In this document: positions 18,888 through 27,146 of the stretch, one piece after another
Position numbering within the stretch: position 1 is the stretch's first letter
Layout: every line of letters starts with the position of its first letter
NCBI GenBank assembly: GCA_037143195.1
Contig: JBAWZD010000004.1
Location: forward strand, 1-54,955
Source: a bacterium
GTDB lineage: Bacteria > Patescibacteriota > Minisyncoccia > Phycocordibacterales > UBA9973
Length of the DNA stretch: 54,955 nucleotides
Reading direction: 5' to 3'
Program-made: the position numbers and the translations under genes
The notes under the pieces: generated by a model
The model's input: only the letters and a program-made list of their open reading frames with translations
Databases searched by the model: none
Told to the model about the DNA's origin: nothing

Positions 18888-20621
18888 ATGAAAGAAAAAC
18901 TCGAAACACTTTTACGCGACGCACTTACGAATCTCGGCATTATGGCCGAGACTATTGTGCTTGAACATCCTGCGGAGCTTTCGCATGGTGACTATTCGAC
19001 GAGCGTTGCGCTTGCTTATGCGAAGAAAATTGCGAATCCGCCAGCTGGCGGACCTCGCGCCCTCGCCGAAAAAATAGTCGCTGAACTATCAAGTGAGAAA
19101 CTCGCAGAACTCGGGATTGAAAAAATGGATATCGCTGGCGCTGGATTTATCAACTTCCACCTTTCAAAAGATTTTTTTGCGAAAGAAATCGAAACAATCA
19201 ATACACTTGGATCAAAGTGGGGCACGAATTCCGCCTCACGTGGCAAAAAAGTTATGGTTGAGTATACCGATCCAAATCCATTTAAGCCTTTTCATATTGG
19301 ACACTTGATGACGAATGCGATTGGAGAATCGACTGCGCGTATTTTTGAATATTCGGGCGCGAACGTAGTTCGCGCAAACTATCAAGGGGATGTGGGACTT
19401 CATGTTGCCAAAGCGATATGGTGTTTACTCAAAAAAGGTAAAGGGGACACAAGCCTCTCTGTGCAAGCACAGGCAGAATATATCGGTGCGTGCTATGTAG
19501 AAGGATCAACGGCATACGAAGAAAATCCTGACGCAAAAATTGAAATTGATGCTATCAACAAAAAGGTGTACGAAAAAGCAGATCCTGCAATCAACGACAT
19601 GTATGATTGGGGACGCAAAGTGACACTCGAAGCTTTTGAGACAATTTATGCACTCCTCGGCACAAAGTTTCAATCGAATTGTTATTTCTTCGAGAGTGTC
19701 ATGGCTCCAATTGGCAAGAAAATTGTTCAAGAGAATACGGGAACAGTCTTTGAAGAATCAGATGGAGCAATCGTTTTTAAGGCAGAAAAATATAATCCCA
19801 AATTACACACGCGTGTGTTTATAAACTCGCAAGGATTGCCAACGTATGAGACAAAAGAAATTGGTCTCACGGTTACAAAATTTGAACAGGAAAATCCAGA
19901 CCTTTCCATTGTAGTTACCGCGATTGAACAAGGCCCATACATGAGTGTCGTTCAAAAAGCGATCTCGCTAATTCATCCTGATTATGAATCACGCATGAAG
20001 CATCTCACGCACGGCATGATGCGTTTTGCGAGTGGCAAAATGAGTTCACGTAAAGGGAATGTCATTACGGGTGAATCACTTCTCCAAGATGCACGTGACC
20101 TTGTTCATGAGAAAATCAAAGAACGCGAATATGAGGAAAATGAACGTGATTCTATCGCGGCGCAAGTAAGTGTGGCTGCAATCAAGTACACCATTTTGAA
20201 ACAGCAACTCGGTGGGAATATTATATACGATGAGGAACACTCGGTGTCATTCGAAGGTGATTCCGGTCCGTATTTGCAGTATACAGCTGTGCGTGCACAA
20301 TCAATTCACGAAAAAGGGAAGAACGCTGGTCTCGTTAGTAGCGCCGTTCTCCCTGCGGAATGGAAGACAACATCACTCGAAAAATATCTCTACCGATTTC
20401 CAGAAGTCGTTGAGCGAAGTTACCAATTCCTCGAACCGCATCATATTGCAGGATATTTGCTTGAACTCGCTGCTCAGTTCAATTCATTCTACGGACAAGA
20501 AAAAATTGTTGATAGTACCGACGCCACATCACCATACAAACTCGCACTCACCGAAGCATTCCGCACCACCATGAAAAATGGTTTGTATTTGCTTGGTATC
20601 GAAATTCCAAATAAAATGTAA
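18888..20621 (+). CDS. argS: Arginyl-tRNA synthetase
   Basis: HGDYST, GAGFINF, VEYTDPNPFKPFHIGH, KMSSRKGN and GDSGPYLQY motifs. Confidence 0.97.
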   Translation: MKEKLETLLRDALTNLGIMAETIVLEHPAELSHGDYSTSVALAYAKKIANPPAGGPRALAEKIVAELSSEKLAELGIEKMDIAGAGFINFHLSKDFFAKEIETINTLGSKWGTNSASRGKKVMVEYTDPNPFKPFHIGHLMTNAIGESTARIFEYSGANVVRANYQGDVGLHVAKAIWCLLKKGKGDTSLSVQAQAEYIGACYVEGSTAYEENPDAKIEIDAINKKVYEKADPAINDMYDWGRKVTLEAFETIYALLGTKFQSNCYFFESVMAPIGKKIVQENTGTVFEESDGAIVFKAEKYNPKLHTRVFINSQGLPTYETKEIGLTVTKFEQENPDLSIVVTAIEQGPYMSVVQKAISLIHPDYESRMKHLTHGMMRFASGKMSSRKGNVITGESLLQDARDLVHEKIKEREYEENERDSIAAQVSVAAIKYTILKQQLGGNIIYDEEHSVSFEGDSGPYLQYTAVRAQSIHEKGKNAGLVSSAVLPAEWKTTSLEKYLYRFPEVVERSYQFLEPHHIAGYLLELAAQFNSFYGQEKIVDSTDATSPYKLALTEAFRTTMKNGLYLLGIEIPNKM

Positions 20622-20625
20622 TCAT

Positions 20626-21039
20626 ATGTCACTCATCACCGATATTCAAAAAATTAAAAATCCTACGTTCGTCCTTGCTGTAATAGCGCTGCTGTTACTC
20701 GTGACTCCGGGGTTCTTGTTCGTGTTCTATTTCAATCGACCACTTTTTGAACAGTTGGAGTTCCTGAAGCTTTTATTTTTGTCGCTCGGATGCATGACCC
20801 CGCTCGTAGCGTTTCATTTTTTTACAGCGCCATCAATGCATGAGGAGGGGAGTAATACATCAAACGAAAATTTCACTTCACTCATATTTTCGATTCTTAT
20901 ATCCTCAGCAGCAATGTATCTGTCACTTTTCGCAGCATATTGTTTTGGTGAATCTCTTCACTATGGGCACGGATTGAGAATTTTTATTGGGACACTCGTA
21001 ACGATCGAGGTTGGTTTTTTCTGGGGTCGCTCTCTCTGA
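20626..21039 (+). CDS. Small AT-rich membrane protein
   Basis: Four hydrophobic segments; the ORF sits between argS and the ileS promoter. Confidence 0.65.
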   Translation: MSLITDIQKIKNPTFVLAVIALLLLVTPGFLFVFYFNRPLFEQLEFLKLLFLSLGCMTPLVAFHFFTAPSMHEEGSNTSNENFTSLIFSILISSAAMYLSLFAAYCFGESLHYGHGLRIFIGTLVTIEVGFFWGRSL

Positions 21040-21069
21040 AGAACAAGCAAAAAACAGAGAAAAAATAGC

Positions 21070-21097
21070 TTGCAATTTCAATGGTTTCGATTATTAT
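21070..21097 (+). promoter_or_regulatory. Sigma70-type promoter of the ileS leader
   Basis: TTGCAA-16 nt-TATTAT. The predicted +1 near 21104 coincides with the start of T-box Stem I. Confidence 0.7.
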
Positions 21098-21103
21098 GAG
21101 ACA

Positions 21104-21290
21104 AGCGTTGATGAGGCTATCACCTCGGAGCTCCTAGGAAGAAATTCGCCTGATATGCGGATATAGACCCTAGCGGGAGGTCCCGTCATAGACTCATAAC
21201 AAGCCCGAAAGGGGAAGCAAGGTGGTACCACGAGAAAGCTCGTCCTTGTATGGCAGAATTCTGCTGTACGGAGACGAGTTTTTTATTTAC
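21104..21290 (+). ncRNA. T-box riboswitch (Ile specifier AUC, ultrashort Stem I, transcriptional terminator)
   Basis: K-turn Stem I with loop CTATCA, Stem II, IIA/B, Stem III, antiterminator AAGG-TGGTACC-ACGAG-AAAG-CTCGT-CCTT, and a terminator ending GACGAG-TTTTTT. Confidence 0.93.
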
Positions 21291-21330
21291 CCATTACGCG
21301 TTCGATTATTAACGATAGCAATCAAAATAT

Positions 21331-24300
21331 ATGTCCGAAGAAATCAAAAAATCCCCAGCCGCAGAAAAAGAAGAAAAGATCATGCAGTTTTGGCGCGACA
21401 ACAAGACGTTTGAACAGTCGCTCACCAAAGACGCGCCAAAAGGGAACTACGTTTTCTACGATGGTCCGCCATTTGCGACAGGACTTCCTCACTACGGACA
21501 TATTCTCGGCTCAACCGCCAAAGATGTGATTGGTCGGTATCAAACGATGCAGGGTTTTCGCGTGCCACGCAAATGGGGGTGGGATTGTCACGGATTGCCG
21601 ATTGAAAATATTGTTGAAAAAGATTTGGGACTTTCTGGTCACAAAGAAATCGAAGCACTCGGCGTAGAAAAATTCGTCGAACACGCGCGAAGCAAAGTGC
21701 TCACGTATGTGCACGATTGGAAACGCACCGTCGAGCGCATTGGTCGCTGGGTGGATTTTGATGGTTCGTACAAGACGATGGACAATAGTTTCATCGAAAG
21801 TGTCTGGTGGTCACTCGGCGAGCTCAACAACAAAGGCCTCATCTACGAAGGTGTACGCGTGCTCGCATACTGTCCACGCTGTGAGACACCAATCGCAAAA
21901 TCTGAAATTGCGATGGACAATAGTTACAAAGACATTGCCGATATTTCTGTCTATGTAAACTTTCCACTTGTCGAAGATCCAAATGTGAATTTGATTGGCT
22001 GGACGACGACACCATGGTCGCTCCCTGGAGATATCGTGCTTGCAGTGAATGCAGAGGCAAGATATGTCAAAGTCAAAATCGCAGGCGACTCAAGTGGCAA
22101 ATCATATGTGCTCGCAAAGGATCGTGCAGAAGCGGTGCTCAAAGAAAAGCCGTTCGAGATCGTCGAAGAATTTTCTGGTACTGCACTCCTCGGCAAAAAA
22201 TATATGCCACCGTTTGATTACTATACAAAAGGTGAGGCGCTCCTCGCGAATCCAAAATCGTGGACTGTCGTTGCGGCTGATTTCGTAACAACGACCGACG
22301 GTACTGGTATCGCACACGAAGCACCTGCGTTCGGTGAAGATGATGCTACACTCGCGCAAAAGGAAAATATTCCATTCATTGTGCACGTTACGCCGGAAGG
22401 CAAATTTGCACCAGAAGTCACTGACTTCGCAGGTATGGCTATCAAGCCAAAATCGGCCGAGAAAGATGGCCACATGAAAGCCGATATCGAGATCATCAAA
22501 TATCTCGCGGCAAAGGGTTTGCTTTTCAAAAAAGAAAAGATCATGCACTCGTACCCGCACTGCTATCGTTGTGAAACTCCACTCTTCTATTACGCGCTCC
22601 CAAGTTGGTTTGTGAATATTCAGAAAGCAAAAGCGAGAATGCTCGAGACTGCCAAAGACATGAAGTGGATTCCAGAGCATCTCAAGGAAGGTCGCTTCAA
22701 AAATACGATGGAATCAGCACCGGATTGGAACATTTCCCGCAATCGCTACTGGGCAAGTCCACTTCCATTTTGGAAATCTGCCGAGGGCAAACTCATGTTT
22801 GTCTCATCGGTTGAAGACTTGAAATCAAAAACAAAGAAGTCTGGTAACACGTATCTTGCGATGCGTCACGGTCATGCTGAACACATGGTCGCACAAGTCA
22901 TGGCGAGTCTCGAAAACGATTCATATCCACTCACGGAACAGGGAAGGAATGAGGCGACGAGTCGCGCCGAAGAATTGAAGGCTCGCAAAGTCACAAAGAT
23001 TTTTGCTTCGCCACTCATTCGCACACAAGAGACGGCGCAGACCGTTGCGGATATTCTTGGTATCGCACGGGAAGACATTGTGACTGACGACCGTCTCCGC
23101 GAATATGATTTTGGTGAATGGAATGGCAAACCATTTCAGGAATTCATCGACTATCGTAAAAATAATGTGAAAGACTATACCGAGCAACTCGGCGCGTCAT
23201 CTCTCCTTGAGACCAAAAAGCGTTTTGGTGATTTTCTCTACGAACTTGAATCAAAGTACGCGAACGAAACGATTCTCATCGTGACGCACGGTATTTTCTT
23301 TGAGACGAGCGCTGCGCTCATCCAAGGTGCTGACAATGCACGATCGCTCGAAATTCTCTTCGATGTGTTTAATTTGAAACGCATTCAACCAGGTGAAGTG
23401 CGCGAGCTTGCGTTCGTTCCACTGCCACACAATGCGAGTTATGAACTTGATTTGCATCGACCATATATTGATGCAATCAAGCTTGTTGATGAAGCGGGGA
23501 CAGAGTACACCCGTATCAGTGAAGTCATCGACTGTTGGTTTGAATCTGGTTCGATGCCATTCGCACAAGATCACTATCCATTCGAGCGTCCAAATTGGAA
23601 GAGCGAAAATTTCCCTGCGGGATTCGTCGCTGAATACATCGCGCAGACACGTACGTGGTTTTATTACACACACGCTGTTTCGACGATTCTCTTTGACGCT
23701 GCACCATTCAAGCATGTCGTGACGACAGGAACATTGCTCGCTGAAGACGGACAAAAAATGTCCAAGTCCAAAGGCAACTATCCCGACCCATGGATATTGT
23801 TCAACAAATATGGTGTTGATCCACTCCGCCTGTATCTCATGTCGAGTCCGCTCATGAAAGGTGAGGACGCAAACTTCTCTGAAAAGGCCGTGCAAGATAT
23901 CGCTTCGAAGCTCATCGGACGATTGCAAAATGTGCTCACGTTCTACGAACTCTACCGCGATGTGTCGCTTGAAAAAGAAGTTACTTCGTTTGAAGCACAG
24001 AACGTGCTTGATATCTGGATCCTTTCACGCCTTGCTGAATTGGTCACTGATGTGACGAAGGGAATGGAGGCATATGATATGACGGAATCGACACGACCAT
24101 TTGATTTGTTTGTCGACGATCTTTCGACATGGTATTTGCGTCGCTCACGCGAACGCATCAAGGACGGTGAGACCGATGCGAAGAAGACATTGTATGTTGT
24201 GTTTACAACTGTCGCGAAATTACTTGCACCATTTGCACCATTTACGGCTGAAGATATTTGGCAACGTTTGAAGCACGGAGACAGTGTTGATTCAGTACAT

Positions 24301-24816
24301 TTGACCGAGTGGCCAACTGCGGGAGTAGTCGTCGAAGAAGTGCTCATGGCAATGAAGACAACACGTATGGTGGTGACGTATGGATTGGAAGCTCGTCAAA
24401 AAGCGGGGCTCAAAGTTCGCCAACCGCTCGCACAGCTGAAAGCAAAAAACATGAAGCTCGGTGGTGAATATACTTCAATCGCGATGGATGAATTGAATGT
24501 GAAAGAAATCGTTGAGGATACGACACTCGAGACCGATGTGTGGCTTGATACGACGATTACTGATGCACTCAAAAAAGAAGGGGAATATCGTGAACTCGTG
24601 CGCGGCGTACAGGAGCTGCGCAAGACCAAAGGACTGACTCCGAGCGATGTCGTAACACTCACGCTTTCGATGAATGCAAAAGATATTGTTGCTTCGTTTG
24701 AAACTGAGATGAAAAAGACCGTGCTTGCTCGCGAGATTGTTTTTGTTGATTCATTTGAGAATGGAGAGGCGATCGAGGTCGCGGGAGCGACCGTGCTTGC
24801 ACGTGTGGAGAAATAG
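21331..24816 (+). CDS. ileS: Isoleucyl-tRNA synthetase type 2 with an inserted histidine-phosphatase domain
   Basis: FYDGPPFATGLPHYGH, WGWDCHGLP, WNISRNRYW, DLHRP and KMSKS motifs, no C-terminal Zn finger, and a ~190-aa RHG...THG insert. Confidence 0.96.
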   Translation: MSEEIKKSPAAEKEEKIMQFWRDNKTFEQSLTKDAPKGNYVFYDGPPFATGLPHYGHILGSTAKDVIGRYQTMQGFRVPRKWGWDCHGLPIENIVEKDLGLSGHKEIEALGVEKFVEHARSKVLTYVHDWKRTVERIGRWVDFDGSYKTMDNSFIESVWWSLGELNNKGLIYEGVRVLAYCPRCETPIAKSEIAMDNSYKDIADISVYVNFPLVEDPNVNLIGWTTTPWSLPGDIVLAVNAEARYVKVKIAGDSSGKSYVLAKDRAEAVLKEKPFEIVEEFSGTALLGKKYMPPFDYYTKGEALLANPKSWTVVAADFVTTTDGTGIAHEAPAFGEDDATLAQKENIPFIVHVTPEGKFAPEVTDFAGMAIKPKSAEKDGHMKADIEIIKYLAAKGLLFKKEKIMHSYPHCYRCETPLFYYALPSWFVNIQKAKARMLETAKDMKWIPEHLKEGRFKNTMESAPDWNISRNRYWASPLPFWKSAEGKLMFVSSVEDLKSKTKKSGNTYLAMRHGHAEHMVAQVMASLENDSYPLTEQGRNEATSRAEELKARKVTKIFASPLIRTQETAQTVADILGIAREDIVTDDRLREYDFGEWNGKPFQEFIDYRKNNVKDYTEQLGASSLLETKKRFGDFLYELESKYANETILIVTHGIFFETSAALIQGADNARSLEILFDVFNLKRIQPGEVRELAFVPLPHNASYELDLHRPYIDAIKLVDEAGTEYTRISEVIDCWFESGSMPFAQDHYPFERPNWKSENFPAGFVAEYIAQTRTWFYYTHAVSTILFDAAPFKHVVTTGTLLAEDGQKMSKSKGNYPDPWILFNKYGVDPLRLYLMSSPLMKGEDANFSEKAVQDIASKLIGRLQNVLTFYELYRDVSLEKEVTSFEAQNVLDIWILSRLAELVTDVTKGMEAYDMTESTRPFDLFVDDLSTWYLRRSRERIKDGETDAKKTLYVVFTTVAKLLAPFAPFTAEDIWQRLKHGDSVDSVHLTEWPTAGVVVEEVLMAMKTTRMVVTYGLEARQKAGLKVRQPLAQLKAKNMKLGGEYTSIAMDELNVKEIVEDTTLETDVWLDTTITDALKKEGEYRELVRGVQELRKTKGLTPSDVVTLTLSMNAKDIVASFETEMKKTVLAREIVFVDSFENGEAIEVAGATVLARVEK

Positions 24817-24817
24817 G

Positions 24818-25312
24818 ATGCAGGTACGACCGCTCATCATGTTTGATTTTGATGGTGTCATTGTTGATACACTCGGTATTTCACCTAGCCCAAAACGGAC
24901 ACTTACTGTGCCAGAAAGTATTCAACAATTAGTAAAAAAACTTGTTTCCAATTTTCATCTCGCGATTATTTCAAGTTCCCAAACTTCGACAATCAAAGAT
25001 ATCATTGCGCGCGAGGGCGTAGCGGATTGTTTTTCTGATGTGCTCGGCTATGACGTAGACTCAAGCAAAGTTGTTCGCATCAAAATGATGCTTGATCAAT
25101 ATGGCGCGAAACCAAACGAGACGGTATTCATTACTGACACAAGCGGAGATATATACGACGCACATGAGAGCGGTGTCCCTGCTATTGCTGTCACGTGGGG
25201 AATGCAAAGTCGCGACACACTTGCTGACGCAAAACCGCTCACGATTGTAGATTCTGTCGCTATCCTCGAACAAGAGATTCTCGGATTTTTTTCTGGTACA
25301 ATAGGGGAATGA
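24818..25312 (+). CDS. HAD-superfamily hydrolase with minimal cap
   Basis: FDFDGVIVDT, ISSS, K, ITDTSGD and AVTWG motifs. Confidence 0.85.
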   Translation: MQVRPLIMFDFDGVIVDTLGISPSPKRTLTVPESIQQLVKKLVSNFHLAIISSSQTSTIKDIIAREGVADCFSDVLGYDVDSSKVVRIKMMLDQYGAKPNETVFITDTSGDIYDAHESGVPAIAVTWGMQSRDTLADAKPLTIVDSVAILEQEILGFFSGTIGE

Positions 25313-25917
25313 AAGAAGATTTTTCGGATCGTATGAACGAAGGCAAAGAACTTGAAAAAGATCACCTCGTCAAGGTGGTTGGAATGACCGATTTTTTCCT
25401 CTCGGCGGTCAAAGGATTTCGTCGTGATTTAGCACTGTCTATTCCTTCGTGTCCCGACTACTTGGAGGCGGATTTTCTGACCTTGCCGAATGGACTTGTT
25501 GTACCACCGATGCCGACCGCAAAAAGTTTTGGCGATTTGAGCAAAATGTTGACTCTTTCGGATGATGCACTGAATGGCACGATTAAACTCAAGAATCCAA
25601 AATTTGGTCCCGACCAAGGAATGCGAGAGAAACTCTTAGAGGAAGCACTTTTGACACACAAGAATCTAATGGATGTTGCCGACACTGCGAATCGAATGTA
25701 TCAGACAATCCAGACTGCTGGATTTGAATTCGATGTATTCAACTCAAACAATATTGAAGTTGGGCACGCAGATATGAATATTGTGTTTGATCGCGACGAA
25801 TTGTATCTTGCGTCGGCGACCGCTCGCGCACTCGGCGAGCGGGCCGTACGCCTCGACATTGATTTGGTTGAAGGTATCGAACGACTCCAGACCGGACAAA
25901 ATAAAGTAACAATATGA
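25309..25917 (+). CDS. Hypothetical protein
   Basis: 202-aa ORF with 4-nt overlaps to both neighbours and its own TGnTACAAT motif. Confidence 0.75.
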   Translation: MKEDFSDRMNEGKELEKDHLVKVVGMTDFFLSAVKGFRRDLALSIPSCPDYLEADFLTLPNGLVVPPMPTAKSFGDLSKMLTLSDDALNGTIKLKNPKFGPDQGMREKLLEEALLTHKNLMDVADTANRMYQTIQTAGFEFDVFNSNNIEVGHADMNIVFDRDELYLASATARALGERAVRLDIDLVEGIERLQTGQNKVTI

Positions 25918-26489
25918 GTACATCTCCACGCGTATTTTTAATTCACGGCTTTGAAGGCACGCCAAACGGTGGTTGGCGTCCATGGCTCATGGCGCAACTC
26001 GCGCTCAAAGATATCTTTGCGTGTTCGCTTGCAATGCCGTCTCCAGAAAATCCAACACAAATCGAATGGACGAATGAAATTGCTCGTGCAGTAGGAGAGC
26101 CGAGCGAAAATATTTTTCTTATAGGACACTCACTCGGAGTTCCTGCGATTTTGCAGTATCTCCAGTCTCTTAAAACGGGTGATCAGATTGGCGGTGTCGT
26201 GCTTGTCTCAGGGCCGTTTCAAAATGTTACCGATGAATACAGTACGAAACTTGAGAGTTTTTTTGTGCCGTCATTTGATTTCGATCGAATCAAAAATGCG
26301 TGCAAGCAGTTTGTCGTTATCCATGGCGACAATGACCCACTCGTACCATTTTCTGATGCCGTATTGTTTGGGCAAGAACTTGATTGCCCTGTCATGCCTG
26401 TGACAAACGGAGGACATCTCAATGGCTCGAGTGGTTGGCGTGAATTGCCACAAGTACTCACCGCACTCGAAGGATTTTTCAGTCGATAG
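25914..26489 (+). CDS. RBBP9/YdeN-like alpha/beta hydrolase
   Basis: IHGF...W..WL, GHSLG, HGDNDPLVP and GGHLN catalytic pattern. Confidence 0.9.
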   Translation: MSTSPRVFLIHGFEGTPNGGWRPWLMAQLALKDIFACSLAMPSPENPTQIEWTNEIARAVGEPSENIFLIGHSLGVPAILQYLQSLKTGDQIGGVVLVSGPFQNVTDEYSTKLESFFVPSFDFDRIKNACKQFVVIHGDNDPLVPFSDAVLFGQELDCPVMPVTNGGHLNGSSGWRELPQVLTALEGFFSR

Positions 26490-26495
26490 GTTTCT

Positions 26496-27107
26496 ATGCA
26501 CCACATTCATCACACAGAAGCATTTGTGCTTGGTTCGCGACCAAAAGGGGAAGATTCAAAATTGCTCATTTTATATACGCGTGAACTCGGATTGATTTAC
26601 GCTCATGCGCAGGGGATACGAAAGATTTCTTCGAAGCTCCGATTCACACTCCAAGATTATTCGCGTGCACAAGTTGACCTCGTTCGAGGCAAAGAGATTT
26701 GGCGCGTGACGACGGCGACTCCGATGCATTCATATTCGAGTTTGCGTCGCGCTCGCGAGAGCGAGCGCATCCTTGCACGTACCTCGGCGCTCCTCATGCG
26801 TCTCGTTACTGGTGAAGAAGCGAACACCGAAATATACGGTGCGCTCACGCGCACCTACGACCTCCTCGAATCCGCCACCACCCGCGTCGAAGACTACCGA
26901 GCTCTCGAACTCCTCGCCGTCGCTCGTATCCTCACCGCACTCGGCTACCTTTCTCGTGCGACTCCAGGGCTCATTCTCGAACCCGACCAGCCAGAACTCT
27001 GGCAAAGCGAACAAGCGCCAATCATTCCAAAAGAATTTTCCGATATCGCATACCAGCACCGCCTGATACGAGATATAAACCAAGCTCTCGCCGCAAGTCA
27101 GCTCTAG
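26496..27107 (+). CDS. recO: DNA repair protein RecO
   Basis: N-terminal OB-fold pattern GEDSKLLILYTRELG..A.A.GIRK..SKL. Confidence 0.88.
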   Translation: MHHIHHTEAFVLGSRPKGEDSKLLILYTRELGLIYAHAQGIRKISSKLRFTLQDYSRAQVDLVRGKEIWRVTTATPMHSYSSLRRARESERILARTSALLMRLVTGEEANTEIYGALTRTYDLLESATTRVEDYRALELLAVARILTALGYLSRATPGLILEPDQPELWQSEQAPIIPKEFSDIAYQHRLIRDINQALAASQL

Positions 27108-27146
27108 TTGAGCTAAAATCCTCTGGGCGTGATAAAATAGCGACAT

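Noticed and set aside
9120-23928. Long antisense or alternate-frame ORFs (e.g. 9120-9797, 11997-12788, 22102-22680, 23251-23928)
   Set aside because: They fully overlap well-supported genes (thyA, glyA, ileS) and are expected codon-bias shadows.
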